Shown here: piece after piece, positions 1 through 17,069 of the stretch
Numbering within the stretch: position 1 is the stretch's first letter
How the letters are laid out: each line of letters begins with the position of its first letter
Source: Eledone cirrhosa
Lineage: Eukaryota
Direction: 5' to 3'
Length of the DNA: 64,000 nucleotides
NCBI GenBank assembly: GCA_964016885.1
Contig: OZ024742.1
Span: 24,614,001-24,678,000, forward strand
Notes under the pieces: generated by a model
What the model was told of the DNA's origin: nothing
The model's database searches: none
The model's input: the letters and a program-made list of their open reading frames with translations, nothing else
Made by a program: the position numbers and the translations under genes

Positions 1-3000
1 GTTAGACTGAAACTATGAGATGACTGCTGTGGATTGTGGCCTGTTGCTGTAAGACTGAAGCTATGAGATGACTGCTGTGGATTGTTGCCTGTTGCTGTAA
101 GGCGGAAGCTATGAGATGAATGCTGTGGATTGTGGCCTGTTGCTGTGTGGCTGAAGGTATGAGCTAACTGCTGTGGATTGTGGCCTGTTGCTGTAAGCCT
201 GAAGATATGAGATGATGGCTCTGGATTGTGGCCTGTTGCTGTAACGCTGAAGGTATGAGATGACTCTGTGGATTGTGGCCTGTTGCTGTGTGGCTGAAGG
301 TATGAGATGACTGCTGTGGATTGTGGCATGTTGCTGTGTGGCTAAAGGTATGAGATGACTGCTGTGGATTGTGGCCTGTTGCTGTAAGGCTGAAGGTATG
401 AGATGACTGCTGTGGATTGTGGATTGTTGTGAGGCTGAAGGTACGAGATGACTGCAGTGGATTGTGGCTTGTTGCTGTGAGGTTGAAGGTATGAGATGAC
501 TGAGATGACTGCTGTGGACTGTGGCCTGTTGCTGTAAGGCTGAAGGTAGGAGATGACTGCTGTGGATTGTGGCCTGTTGCTGTAAGACTGAAGCTATGAG
601 ATGACTGTTGTGGATTGTGGCCTGTTGCTGTAAGACTGAAGCTATGAGATGACTGCTGTGGATTGTTGCCTGTTGCTGTAAGGCGGAAGCTATGAGATGA
701 ATGCTGTGGATTGTGGCCTGTTGCTGTAAGGCTGAAGGTAGGAGATGACTGCTGTGGATTGTGTCCTGTTGCTGTGTGGCTGAAGGTATGAGCTAACTGC
801 TGTGGATTGTGGCCTGTTGCTGTAAGCCTGAAGATATGAGATGATGGCTCTGGATTGTGGCCTGTTGCTGTAACGCTGAAGGTATGAGATGACTCTGTGG
901 ATTGTGGCCTGTTGCTGTGTGGCTGAAGGTATGAGATGACTGCTGTGGATTGTGGCATGTTGCTGTGTGGCTAAAGGTATGAGATGACTGCTGTGGATTG
1001 TGGCCTGTTGCTGTAAGGCTGAAGGTATGAGATGACTGCTGTGGATTGTGGATTGTTGTGAGGCTGAAGGTACGAGATGACTGCAGTGGATTGTGGCTTG
1101 TTGCTGTGAGGTTGAAGGTATGAGATGACTGCTGTGGATTGTGGCCTGTTGCTGTAAGGCTGAAGGTATGAGATGACTGCTGTGGACTGTGGCCTGTTGC
1201 TGTAAGGCTGAAGGTAGGAGATGACTGCTGTGGATTGTGGCCTGTTGCTGTAAGACTGAAGCTATGAGATGACTGTTGTGGATTGTGGCCTGTTGCTGTA
1301 AGACTGAAGCTATGAGATGACTGCTGTGGATTGTTGCCTGTTGCTGTAAGGCGGAAGCTATGAGATGAATGCTGTGGATTGTGGCCTGTTGCTGTGTGGC
1401 TGAAGGTATGAGCTAACTGCTGTGGATTGTGGCCTGTTGCTGTAAGCCTGAAGATATGAGATGACGGCTCTGGATTGTGGCCTGTTGTTGTAAGGCTGAA
1501 GGTATGAGATGACTCTGTGGATTGTGCCCTGTTGCTGTGTGGCTGAAGTTATGAGATGACTGCTGTGGATTGTGGCCTGTTGCTGTAAGCCTGAAGATAT
1601 GAGATGACTCTGTGGATTGTGGCCTGTTGCTGTGTGGCTGAATGTATGAGATGACTGCTGTGGATTGTGGCATGTTGCTGTGTGGCTGAAGGTATGAGAT
1701 GACTGCTGTGGATTGTGGCCTGCTGCTGTAAGACTGAAGGTATGAGATGACTGCTGTGGATTGTGGCCTGCTGCTGTAAGGCTGAAGGTATGAGATGACT
1801 GCTGTGGATTGTGGCTTGTTGTTGTGAGGCTGAAGGTATGAGATGACTGCTGTGGATTGTGGCTTGTTGTCGTGAGGCTGAAGGTATGATATGACTGCTG
1901 TGGATTGTGGCCTGTTGCTGTAAGGCTGAAGGTATGAGATGACTGCTGTGGATTGTGGCCTGCTGCTGTAAGGCTGAAGGTATCAGATGACTGCTGTGGA
2001 TTGTGGCCTGCTGCTGTAAGGCTGAAGGTATGAGATGACTGCTGTGGATTGTGGCTTGTTGTTGTGAGGCTGAATGTATGAGATGACTGCTGTGGATTGT
2101 GGCCTGCTGCTGTAAGGCTGAAGGTATGAGATGACTGCTGTGGATTGTGGCCTGTTGCTGTAAGGCTGAATGTATAAGATGACCGCTGTGGATTGTGGCT
2201 TGTTGTTGTGAGGCTGAAGGTATGAGATGACTGCTGTGGATTGTGACCTGTTGCTGAGTGACTGAAGGTATGAGATGACTGCTGTGGATTGTGGCCTGTT
2301 GCTGAGTGAGTGAAGGTATGAGATGACTGCTGTGGATTGTGGCCTGTTGCTGAGTGAGTGAAGGTATGAGATGACTGCTGTGGATTGTGGCCTGTTGCTG
2401 TATGACTGAAGCTATGAGATGACTGCTCTGGAGTGTGGCCTGTTGCTGTAAGACTGAAGGTATGAGATGACTGCTGTGGATTGTGGCCTGTTGCTGTGTG
2501 GCTGAAGGTATGAGATGACTCTGTGGATTGTTGCCTGTTGCTGTGTGGCTGAAGGTATGAGATTACTGCTGTGGATTGTGGCATGTTGCTGTGTGGCTGA
2601 AGGTATGAGATTACTGCTGTGGATTGTGGCCTGTTGCTGAGTGAGTGAAGGTATGAGATGACTGCTGTGGATTGTGGCCTGTTGCTGAGTGAGTGAAGGT
2701 ATGAGATGACTGCTCTGGAGTGTGGCCTGTTGCTGTAAGACTGAAGGTATGAGATGACTGCTGTGGATTGTGGCCTGTTGCTGTGTGTCTGAAGGTATGA
2801 GATGACTGCTGTGGATTGTGGCCTGTTGCTGTAAGCCTGAAGATATGAGATGACTCTGTGGATTGTGGCCTGTTGCTGTGTGGCTGAATGTATGAGATGA
2901 CTGCTGTGGATTGTGGCATGTTGCTGTGTGGCTGAAGGTATGAGATGACTGCTGTGGATTGTGGCCTGCTGCTGTAAGACTGAAGGTATGAGATGACTGC

Positions 3001-5703
3001 TGTGGATTGTGGCCTGCTGCTGTAAGGCTGAAGATATGAGATGACTGCTGTGGATTGTGGCTTGTTGTTGTGAGGCTGAAGGTATGAGATGACTGCTGTG
3101 GATTGTGGCTTGTTGTCGTGAGGCTGAAGGTATGATATGACTACTGTGGATTGTGGCCTGTTGCTGTAAGGCTGAAGGTATGAGATGACTGCTGTGGATT
3201 GTGGCCTGCTGCTGTAAGGCTGAAGGTATGAGATGACTGCTGTGGATTGTGGCCTGCTGCTGTAAGGCTGAAGGTATGAGATGACTGCTGTGGATTGTGG
3301 CTTGTTGTTGTGAGGCTGAATGTATGAGATGACTGCTGTGGATTGTGGCCTGCTGCTGTAAGGCTGAAGGTATGAGATGACTGCTGTGGATTGTGGCCTG
3401 TTGCTGTAAGGCTGAATGTATAAGATGACCGCTGTGGATTGTGGCTTGTTGTTGTGAGGCTGAAGGTATGAGATGACTGGTGTGGATTGTGGCATGTTGC
3501 TATGTGGCTGAAGGTATGAGATGACTGCTGTGGATTGTGGCCTGTTGCTGAGTGACTGAAGGTATGAGATGACTGCTGTGGATTGTGGCCTGTTGCTGAG
3601 TGAGTGAAGGTATGAGATGACTGCTGTGGATTGTGGCCTGTTGCTGAGTGAGTGAAGGTATGAGATGACTGCTGTGGATTGTGGCATGTTGCTGTATGAC
3701 TGAAGCTATGAGATGACTGCTCTGGAGTGTGGCCTGTTGCTGTAAGACTGAAGGTATGAGATGACTGCTGTGGATTGTGGCCTGTTGCTGTGTGGCTGAA
3801 GGTATGAGATGACTCTGTGGATTGTTGCCTGTTGCTGTGTGGCTGAAGGTATGAGATTACTGCTGTGAATTGTGGCATGTTGCTGTGTGGCTGAAGGTAT
3901 GAGATTACTGCTGTGGCTTGTGGCCTGTTGCTGAGTGAGTGAAGGTATGAGATGACTGCTGTGGATTGTGGCCTGTTGCTGAGTGAGTGAAGGTATGAGA
4001 TGACTGCTCTGGAGTGTGGCCTGTTGCTGTAAGACTGAAGGTATGAGATGACTGCTGTGGATTGTGGCCTGTTGCTGTGTGGCTGAATGTATGAGATGAC
4101 TGCTGTTGATTGTGGCCTGTTGCTGTAAGCCTGAAGATATGAGATGACTCTGTGGATTGTGGCCTGTTGCTGTGTGGCTGAAGGTATGAGATGACTGCTG
4201 TGGATTGTGGCCTGCTGCTGTAAGACTGAAGGTATGAGATGACTGCTGTGGATTGTGGCCTGCTGCTGTAAGGCTGAAGGTATGAGATGACTGCTGTGGA
4301 TTGTGGCTTGTTGTTGTGAGGCTGAAGGTATGAGATGACTGCTGTGGATTGTGGCTTGTTGTCGTGAGGCTGAAGGTATGATATGACTGCTGTGGATTGT
4401 GGCCTGTTGCTGTAAGGCTGAAGGTATGAGATGACTGCTGTGGATTGTGGCCTGCTGCTGTAAGGCTGAAGGTATGAGATGACTGCTGTGGATTGTGGCC
4501 TGCTGCTGTAAGGCTGAAGGTATGAGATGACTGCTGTGGATTGTGGCTTGTTGTTGTGAGGCTGAATGTATGAGATGACTGCTGTGGATTGTGGCCTGCT
4601 GCTGTAAGGCTGAAGGTATGAGATGACTGCTGTGGATTGTGGCCTGTTGCTGTAAGGCTGAAGGTATAAGATGACCACTGTGGATTGTGGCTTGTTGTTG
4701 TGAGGCTGAAGGTATGAGATGACTGGTGTGGATTGTGGCATGTTGCTATGTGGCTGAAGGTATGAGATGACTGCTGTGGATTGTGGCCTGTTGCTGAGTG
4801 ACTGAAGGTATGAGATGACTGCTGTGGATTGTGGCCTGTTGCTGAGTGAGTGAAGGTATGAGATGACTGCTGTGGATTGTGGCCTGTTGCTGAGTGAGTG
4901 AAGGTATGAGATGACTGCTGTGGATTGTGGCCTGTTGCTGTATGACTGAAGCTATGAGATGACTGCTATGGAGTGTGGCCTGTTGCTGTAAGACTGAAGG
5001 TATGAGATGACTGCTGTGGATTGTGGCCTGTTGCTGTGTGGCTGAAGGTATGAGATGACTCTGTGGATTGTGGCCTGTTGCTGTGTGGCTGAAGGTATGA
5101 GATTACTGCTGTGGATTGTGGCATGTTGCTGTGTGGCTGAAGGTATGAGATTACTGCTGTGGATTGTGGCCTGTTGCTGAGTGAGTGAAGGTATGAGATG
5201 ACTGCTGTGGATTGTGGCCTGTTGCTGAGTGAGTGAAGGTATGAGATGACTGCTCTGGAGTGTGGCCTGTTGCTGTAAGACTGAAGGTATGAGATGACTG
5301 CTGTGGATTGTGGCCTGTTGCTGTGTGGCTGAAGGTATGAGATGACTCTGTGGATTGTGGCCTGTTGCTGTGTGGCTGAAGGTATGAGATTACTGCTGTG
5401 GATTGTGGCATGTTGCTGAGTGAGTGAAGGTATGAGATGACTGCTGTGGATTGTGGCCTGTTGCTGTATGACTGAAGCTATGAGATGACTGCTGTGGATT
5501 GTGGCCTGTTGCTGTAAGCCTGAAGATATGAGATGACGGCTCTGGATTGTGGCCTGTTGCTGTAAGGCTGAAGGTATGAGATGACTGCTGTGGATTGTGG
5601 CCTGTTGCTGTAAGACTGAAGGTTTCAGATGACTGCTGTTCATTGTGGCCTGCTGCTGTAAGGCTGAAGGTATGAGATGACTGCTGTGGATTGTGGCCTG
5701 TTG
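1..5703. repeat. 48-bp tandem satellite (~119 units, runs off left edge) with higher-order repeats
   Basis: Unit GCTGAAGGTATGAGATGACTGCTGTGGATTGTGGCCTGTTGCTGTAAG. Variant markers (GTCGTGAGG at ~1871/3117/4363; ATAAGATGACC at ~2181/3427/4673) recur every 1246 bp. Confidence 0.97.
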
Positions 5704-5743
5704 CTGCAAAGCATGGCGTCCGACCCTCTATCGATACTGCTAA
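5704..5743 (-). mobile_element. 5' head fragment of tRNA-derived SINE family 2
   Basis: Matches the head of the full copy at 63214-63400 (AAAGCATGGCGTCCGACCCTCTA.CGATACTGC). Confidence 0.75.
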
Positions 5744-6074
5744 TAATAATAGTGTGACATCACCTGTACAAACAGCAAGCCAGCAGCTAATTATATATTA
5801 CAGTGATTAGCAAGAAGACCCCTCAAATCATACTAATTAAAAAATTAATAACAATAATAGTAATAATGGTTCCTGATTTAGGTCAGCAATTTTTTTCTGG
5901 TGGGGGAAAGTCAATTAAATCAACCCAAGTAAGTTACTGGAACGTTATTTTATTGACCCTGTAAGTATGAAAGGCAAAACTAAACTCTGTGAAATTAATC
6001 ATCATCATCATCATTTCATTTTACGTCCGCTTTTTCCCTGCTTGCAAGGGTGTGACTATATAATAAAAATAATA

Positions 6075-9000
6075 TATATTAATGACGCTTTAATGGTCAG
6101 ACCTCGTCGTTCCCTGAGAAGTATAATGTAAATGCGTTTTTTCTTATCTCTCTCCAGCCTATCGGTCCATTCATTCATATATCCGTATCATCGCCCAGAA
6201 TCCAATCTTTGCTCTCTCTCAATGCTATTCTATAATTCTGTCTGGTTGTTTCTAAATAATCTTCTTGTATTTTAAAACCCCATTATTCGCTTATTATTAC
6301 TGTTATATGCTTCTCCGATAATGCCCAAAATTTGAAGATTTCATTTAAACCCTCTCGCTAACTACCCCGTTTGTTTATCTAAAATAACAATCTTGTTTGT
6401 TTAATTTTGACCGAAGAATTCTAGGATTTATAAAATGGCCTCATTGTCCCTCTTATCCTTTACCCCCGGTCCCACTATATCGTATTACGCGCCGGCTAAT
6501 TCTGTCCCACTGTTCTAAATAATCTTCTCCACGACGCTTGTTCTAAATAATCTTCTCTTTGCTAACTACCCCATACCCCCACTCTCCACCGTTATTATTT
6601 GGACCAATCACAAGTCAACGGCCTATGCTATCACTTCTGGCTGCTTTTCGATATGATGGATGGACTAAGGAATTTCTGGAGAGTCTGAAGAATCTGGACA
6701 CTCGATGACAATGCCAAAGATAACGACAAATTCACCTCATGCTGCCAGACGAAAGGGCAAGGCCCCCTCCTCTTTGTTTCGGCCGCGGATGGCCAATATA
6801 ACCCCAACCCCATCCCCCTCACCCCTCCCTGCGCCCCATCCTCCAAACACAATCCAAAACTTCAGAGTTGGTACCATGAATGTAGGCACCTTAAAAGGCC
6901 ACTCTAATGAGGTTGTAGAAATGCTTGAACGTAAGGAGGTTGATGTTTGCTGTATCCAAGAGACCAGGTGGAGGGGCGGGTCGGCTAGATTCATTGTGGG
7001 TAAAAAACGTTGCTATAAGCTTTCTGGGTGGGAAATAACAATGGGATAGGTGGGTTAGGAATCATGTTAGCAGAAAAATGGGTGGATAAGATAATAGATG
7101 TAAATAAAGTGAATGACAGAATAATTAAAATAAGACTTGTTCTAAATAGAACTACTGTGACAGTAATATCTGCATACCCAATCCGGACTTCCTGGCGCTA
7201 TAAAAGACAGATTCTATGAGACACTGATGCTCACTACCTCCCAAATAACCGACAGTGACTATATAATTATTGCTGGCAACCTAAATGGCCACGTTGGACA
7301 ACATTGTGACGGCTATGACGGAATCCACGGAGGCTATGGGTTTGGTACTAGAAACGAGGAAGGCTCCAGAATCCTGGAATTCTGTGATGCAAATAACCTA
7401 ACTATCTGTAACACTAACTTCAAAAAACGAGACAATCACTTGATCACCTACAGATCAGGGGAACATACCAGCCCGGTAGATTATATCCTTACCAGAAGAC
7501 GTGACGGAGTATCTGTTGTAAACACTAAATCCCTCCCCCATGAAGAATGCACCTCCCAACATAGACTGATAATTAGCGACCACATAGTCAGGACGAGACG
7601 TACTAGACAGCAGAAGAGAGAAAAATAAGTAAGGCAATCAAAGATATGAAGACGGGTAAGGCGGCTGGGCCTTCGGAAATAGTTGCCGAGATGCTGAAGG
7701 CATCTGGAACGGTGGGACACACTATGGTCACCCGGATAGTAAACCAAGTCATACAGAATGGGTTTGTTCCGAAGGACTGGCATAGCAGCATCATCATTAA
7801 CTGCTACAAGGGTAAAGGAGACACCCTAGATAGGAGTAACTATAGAGGCATTAAATTAATCGACCAGGTCATGAAGGTCACGGAAAAAGTAATAGCGCAA
7901 CTAATCAGAGAGAGAATTGATCTAGATGAAATGCAGTTCGGGTTTGTGTAAGGCAAAAGTACCACAGACGCTCTTTTCATTGTACGACAACTACAGGAGA
8001 AGTACCTAGCTAAAAGTAAACCCTTATACTAAGATTTTGTCGACTTGGAGAAAGCCTTCGACAGAGTCCCCCTTTCCATTATCTGGTGGGCTCTTAGAAA
8101 ACTAGGTGTTGATGAATGGCTTGTGAGAGCTATACAAGCCATGTATAAAGAAACAGTCAGCAAGGTTAGAATTAACAATGAATATAGTGAAGAGTTTAGC
8201 GTAAAAGTTGGTGTTCTTCAGGGCTCTGTTCTTAGCCCCCTACTATTTATTATTGCCATTCAGGCTATAACAGTGGCGTTCAAGACCGGCTGCCCATGGG
8301 AACTCCTATATGCAGATGATCTAACGCTCATAGCTGAATCACTGGCCGAGCTAGAGAAGAAATTCCAAACATGGAATCACGGCCTAGAATCAAAAGGCCT
8401 TTTAATTAACCTGGCTAAGACTAAAGTTCTAGTTTGTAGGAAAGAAAATAAGGCACCGGTTCCTTCCGGGAAATGGCCATGCTCAGTGTGTAGGAAAGGC
8501 GTAGGTAGAAACTCCATTTTATGTCCCAAATGCAAAGTATGGGTGCATAAAAGATGTAGTGGGATCACAGGTAAGCTAAGAACATAGATTTTACATGTGG
8601 CCGGTGCTCTGGTGCAATAAGTAGCAGCAAGTGCCCACAAACTACTAGCTCTTTCAATTGCGCAGAGGGTTCTATAGAAATAGTGGACAGCTTCCGTTAC
8701 CTGGGTGACAATATCAGCAGTGGGGGAGGGTGCTCTGAAAGTACAGTAGCTAGAGTCAGAACTGGATGGAAAAGGTTCAGAGAGCTTATACCACTATTAG
8801 CCGCTAAAGGGTTCTCCCTAAAAATGAAAGGCAGGCTGTATGATGCCTGCATACGAACAGCAATGTTGCATGGCAGTGAGACCTGGGCATTGTGTGCAGA
8901 GGATATACGCAGACTAGAGAGGAACGAAGCTTGTATGCTCCGCTGGATGTGTAATAGTAATATACGTGAACGGCAAAGCATAAACGAACTAAGGGAAAAA

Positions 9001-9657
9001 TTAGAAATAAGAGGGATCAGATGTTGTTTACTCGAGAGAAGGCTACGTTGGTATGGTCACGTGATGCACATGAAAGACGACAGCTGTATAAAAAAGTGCA
9101 GGGCAATAAAGATAGATGGTAGCCACGGAGTAGGCAGACCCAGAAAAACCTGGGACGACTTGATAAATTCTGACCTCACACACTTACACCTCTCCAAGAC
9201 AATGTCACTGGACCTAGATCTTTGGCGGTACTCAGTAATAGAGAAGACCCGCCTTACCTAAATACAAAGTAAAACCTACTACAGTCAGTAGGCATCTCTA
9301 ACAAAATACACCCCTGTCCCACCACCCCCACCCCATCCACGCCGCCCCTTTCAATGTAAAGTTATGTTGGTACCACAACATCCAGGCCAAAACAAATGAG
9401 ATTGTGTAGGTGTCATAACAAAAAAACACACAGTCCACGCTGTAATGTGACCGTGTAGGCAACATGGTAAAAACCCCCAGTCCCACACTGTAAATGTGGT
9501 TGGTGTTAGGAAGGGCATCAAGCTGTAGAAAACCCACCAGACAGTCCTATGCGAGCAAGACAACGACTCTTGCCTCAAGTGGGAAAACTCCCATCCAAAC
9601 CCATGCAAGCGTGGAACACGGACGTTAAACGATGATGATGATGATGATGACGATGAT
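6075..9657 (+). mobile_element. RTE-clade LINE, family A, decayed copy with internal deletion
   Basis: EN, RT (YADD), PHD-like and C-terminal fragments are colinear with the 39520-42495 ORF. About 630 bp are missing at ~7620. 3' UTR and (GAT)n tail present. The 5' boundary is approximate. Confidence 0.93.
6705..9261 (+). pseudogene. Disrupted RTE endonuclease/reverse transcriptase ORF
   Basis: Split ORFs 6705-7049, 7028-7219, 7227-7628, 7646-7951, 8045-8587 and 8683-9261, separated by frameshifts and stops. Confidence 0.93.
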
Positions 9658-9664
9658 AATTATA

Positions 9665-9785
9665 GTTTCTGATTTAGGCACAAGGCCAACACTTTTGGGG
9701 GAGGGTAAATTCGATTAAATCGACCCCAGTACATTACTGGTACTTTATTTTATCAACCCCTGTAGGGATGAAAGACAAGGTTAAA
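9665..9785 (-). mobile_element. SINE family 2, 3' fragment
   Basis: GGCACAAGGCC...CCCAGTACATTACTGGTACTTTATTTTATC matches 63214-63400. Similar fragments at ~5865-5995 and ~54000-54215. Confidence 0.75.
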
Positions 9786-11899
9786 TAATAATGATAATGC
9801 TTTGTATAATAATATATAATAGCTGACAGCAGCCACATGTCAGTTCTCCATTCTCTAATAGTTTCTCACAGTTTAAATATTTCACTATGAAAGAAACATT
9901 TAAGCTTCAAAACAAAAGAGAAAAATGAAATCAAATGCTCAGCATTAACCATAATATAATAATAATAGTAATAATAATAATGTTGATAATAGACACTTTG
10001 CTGAATGTCATTAACAGGAAATGAAACACGTACATTCAATGAGAATTTCATATTTCAATTATCTCCATAGGAGGCTTTTGATGTTATTTAAAACACCCCA
10101 TCACTGCCATAAAACAAGCACTATGGACTCATTAGAAGTTATTTGTTGAATACAAGCAACATCTAATGAATTCACAACAGGCAGCAAGCACGGTACTGCT
10201 GTTAAACAGATCTGAAGCTATTTTCTCTCTAACTTATTCACTAATCTGCTGTCGCCAATTGCAACAGACATTTTCACCAGTTTGAGATCAAGTAGTTATA
10301 TTGTAAGATTCTATCAATGTCAGATCTCGATCTCTCACTCTCTGTTAAATATAGTTTAATATCACAGAAGAATCTAATACTGTTCATTATTCAATTCAAT
10401 TATTAATACTATCATTTTTATTACTTTTTTCCTTTTGTTTTTTGTTTTTTTTAAAGATGACAGTTATAGATTTTTACCTGTCATAAAACAAACAAACAAA
10501 AACTGTTGATTTTAACTTTTAAGATGCTGTAATGATTTAGCAGAAAATATCAAAATTTTGGGGTAAAAAATGTATCTAATACACCAGAAAATATGGTACT
10601 TTATACATTTTAGCCTAAATTTTCCAGTTTTCTGATTGGTTAAATTCCAGGTATAGTTCATTATGCGTTGTTTTAATTCTTAACATTCCCTAATTACTTA
10701 GCAGAAAATATCTTAAAACATATTTGTTAATTCAAATGTTTATAGTATCTTTACTAGTGGACAGATTGCTGTGAGAATTTGCAGTAAACTAAAATAAAAT
10801 CCTTTAAACTTTAATATGATGCAGTCATTGTGACATTTTCTATTTTTCAAGAATATCCTGTTAATATGGTTTCATGGTAGTACCGAACATTGAAACTTAA
10901 TAAGCATTGCAGAAATTTAAAATTTGAAATGTGGTTGTCCCAACACAGAAATATCCATAATACCTTATCCCTGTCCAACATGACAGCATGGAAATGGGAC
11001 TAAAAATGTTTATGGTGATGATTACCAGCTTTTACAAAAAGCTCTGTTAAAACATCCAACTTCTTAAACCTGGAAGCTAAAGATTTCCCCACTACTATTA
11101 ATACAGAAAATAATAGAATAGTTAGGACCATCCACCACTACACACTATTTGTTATTTCGAACTTTTAGGATCCTATAATGATTTAGCAGAAAATGTATAA
11201 AAATGTTTGTTAATTCAAATGTTTATAGTATCTTTACTAGTGGAGAGATTTTTATGAAAATTTGCAGTAAACTAAAGTAAAGGCTTTAATGTTTAATGTG
11301 AGGCGGTTAAAGTGTTGTTTTGCACTTTAAAAAAAAATCTTTGCAAATGTTGTTTCATATGGTACAGGTTGTTAAGAGTTAAAGATGACAGAGCTAATGT
11401 TTCTAGTAATCCTAAATACAGGCTAATGATCTCCATACACCAAAGATTAAAAACAATATAGGGAGAGATTGCAAGCATGACCTAGATTCATTATACTCAG
11501 AATGATAAAAAACATAATATCCCTCCTATTATAGAATAATAATGTCATGGTATTAGCAACAATCATAATCAACCATGTAAATTTATTCAATTTGATACAA
11601 AATTTTATATTTCTATAACTATACCCCATCTTCTCAATTATTTATCCTTCGTCAACACAGTTTTATGAATCTATGAATTTTACATCAAGATAATTATTCA
11701 TACACAGAAATCCCTTTTGATTTTATGATAACCCATCTTGCGTCAAATAATACAAAGGCAAATTGTTTAATGTTTCTCTAGGAGCATGGTCTTTATAGAG
11801 AGGACAGGCTTTTAATCTTATGTATTATGATTATTATAAATAAATTAGAAAGATGAGTCACTCTTGGTAAGGCCATTACATTTCTGACTTGAAAGATTA

Positions 11900-12110
11900 C
11901 AGAATCTCTCAGGAAAGAATCGCTGGACAGATTTTTTATAGGCAAAACAAACTGGCAAGAGGTCCAGGAGTAGACTTGAGCAAGATGGTTGCATAACATC
12001 CATGAGCTTGGCTGGTCGCACTTGGGGATTTAACCAGATCAGTTGGAGATGGCTGCACTTGACAGGACACACTAGAAAGAGTGTTTGAGAACTCTGTCCC
12101 ATGACCTTCC
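11900..12110 (+). mobile_element. Old RTE (Expander/Rex3-like) C-terminal remnant
   Basis: Reads ...RWLHNIHELGWSHLGI-like. Homologous to the inverted copy at ~61395-61600. Confidence 0.6.
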
Positions 12111-12999
12111 CTGGAATAAATGGGTGAAGAAGAGAGATAGATTTGGAAAGGATACAATAAAATTATTTATTGAAATAGGTTTGTGAATTACAGTTGATAC
12201 TAACTTTAGTGGGATTAAATTTTTCGTTTAATTTAAGATTTTAATACAAATAGATTTTGTCCTTACAAAAAACTCAATAACAGTATATTTTATATTAATA
12301 GGAATTTTAATCACTCACCCATTATTCTACAACCCACCTAAATCTACCTCTGGTTCTGTGAAACAAAACCACACATTTTCAAGGGTCTTGATTTAATTAA
12401 AATCTTCTAACATAATTTGAAATAAGCACACAGCCTTAATAATGGATCTTTAGTAAATGGCTCTAAAGTCTTCATCGATTAATTGAAACGCACACTATTT
12501 CATTAGAAATAGGGTTAATCTCTAATAATTGTAAACCTATATTGTCATTATCTTCTTAACAGGCCATGTTCATTAATGCTTCTATATCTTATAATGAGGT
12601 CCCTTGAAATGATGGATTTTCAGCTAAAATACAGGACCCTGTCCTAATATGTAAGCAGCATGATATAAATGTGAAAAAGTTCACTCAAAAATCCTTAGGT
12701 CCCAGGTTCAATCCCATCATTTGCAATAGGCTCAGATTTACCCATACTTTCATCATCATCATTGTTTAACATCCATTTTCCCAAACTAGCATGGGTTAGA
12801 AGAGTTGTGCTGTTGTGAGACAAGTCAGATCAGATGACCATGTCTTGCTTATACAACTGTTTCTGGCTTAAATTTCACGAGCTAGCTGTTCCATTGACTG
12901 AACAGCTGGAACATTCATTATTGCGACAGATGGAGAACCATTGTTTATTTGTTCTGTTTCCATGTACAAATGTCGACCAAGAAATATTTTTTGGTTTAA

Positions 13000-13219
13000 C
13001 CCTTTAGCATTTAAACCAGCCATATCCGGCCAGAATTCTGTCACCTCTTTCTGCTGTAACTAGCTGTAACCGGCGTCTTATATAGATGTTAAGGTATTGT
13101 TCTCAAAATAAATAATATCAAAATCTCATAGATTCAATGTTATGTGAGATATTATGTAAGATAAAGCCTTTACTGTTAAAATATAATAGTATATATAGAG
13201 TAATGTAAATGTTAAAGGG
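13000..13219. mobile_element. piggyBac-type MITE
   Basis: TTAA on both sides; TIRs CCCTTTAGCATTTA ... TAAATGTTAAAGGG. Confidence 0.85.
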
Positions 13220-13312
13220 TTAACAATTTATGAAGTAACAATTCCAATGAAATAGCACTACTTTTGGTGTTGAGTACTATATATTCTTCCTCTTGTTCAA
13301 ACTGAAATATTT

Positions 13313-16430
<3,118 letters not shown>

Positions 16431-16807
16431 AACTTGGTATAATTTAACAGAAATATGTCCAGCTTCTCTGCAAAATAAATTGCTTATGTAAAGTATTTTC
16501 AACTAAAGTTAGTTGAAATATTTCAAGAGAAGAATGTTGTTAATGACCAGCTTACATGCTACCAACTTTCTGGAGAATTCTTTCAGAAATGTATTTCAAA
16601 CAATGGCTGTAGATGAAAGAAAGAATGTAATATTTGAAGTTATCACTGAATATTAGTTTAATGTTTTAATAAATACCTTTTATTTGGAACTTAGGTAGTG
16701 ATATCTCTCTCTCTCCCACTCTCTCCCTCCCACTCTCTGCCCCGCCGCTCTCTCTCTGTATGTATATATATATATATATTTATATATGTACACACACTAT
16801 GTACAAA

Positions 16808-16935
16808 AATGAAGTAGAAGTCAGTAGGTTAGAATATATCTCATTCATTTGTAACACAATCGCTGTTATATGTATTTCGATGGTAACTGTTATGTAAAAA
16901 TTACAACCTCATCAGCTACTGACTTCTACTTCATT
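16808..16935 (-). ncRNA. Candidate type I hammerhead ribozyme with a long stem I
   Basis: Minus strand: CUGAUGA (16915-16909), stem II GGUUGUAAUU/AGUUACCAUC, GAAA (16878-16875). Enclosed by a perfect 20-bp inverted repeat (16808-16827 / 16916-16935). Confidence 0.55.
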
Positions 16936-17069
16936 GTTATAGCAATGCTCCAAATACCATAAACCTACATGATTACATTAGAGACTACTTTATCTTGGAT
17001 ACACTTATATTGGTTGATTAACTTACATAATAATAATAATAATAACAATAATATATGTATATATATATA

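Noticed and set aside
1-5703. CRISPR-like appearance of this and the 43-bp array
   Set aside because: No unique spacers, no cas genes, eukaryotic context.
164-5709. Long minus-strand ORFs (up to 408 aa)
   Set aside because: Products of a 48-bp unit that is stop-poor in several frames; frameshifting 47-bp units; no unique domain.
6085-6145. HDV-like ribozyme at the RTE 5' end
   Set aside because: Expected for some RTEs, but I could not assemble the P1/P2/P3/P1.1 pairings by eye here or at 38798.
10695-11297. ~120-bp diverged local duplication (10695-10815 vs 11180-11297)
   Set aside because: Ordinary AT-rich local repeat with no termini or structured motif.
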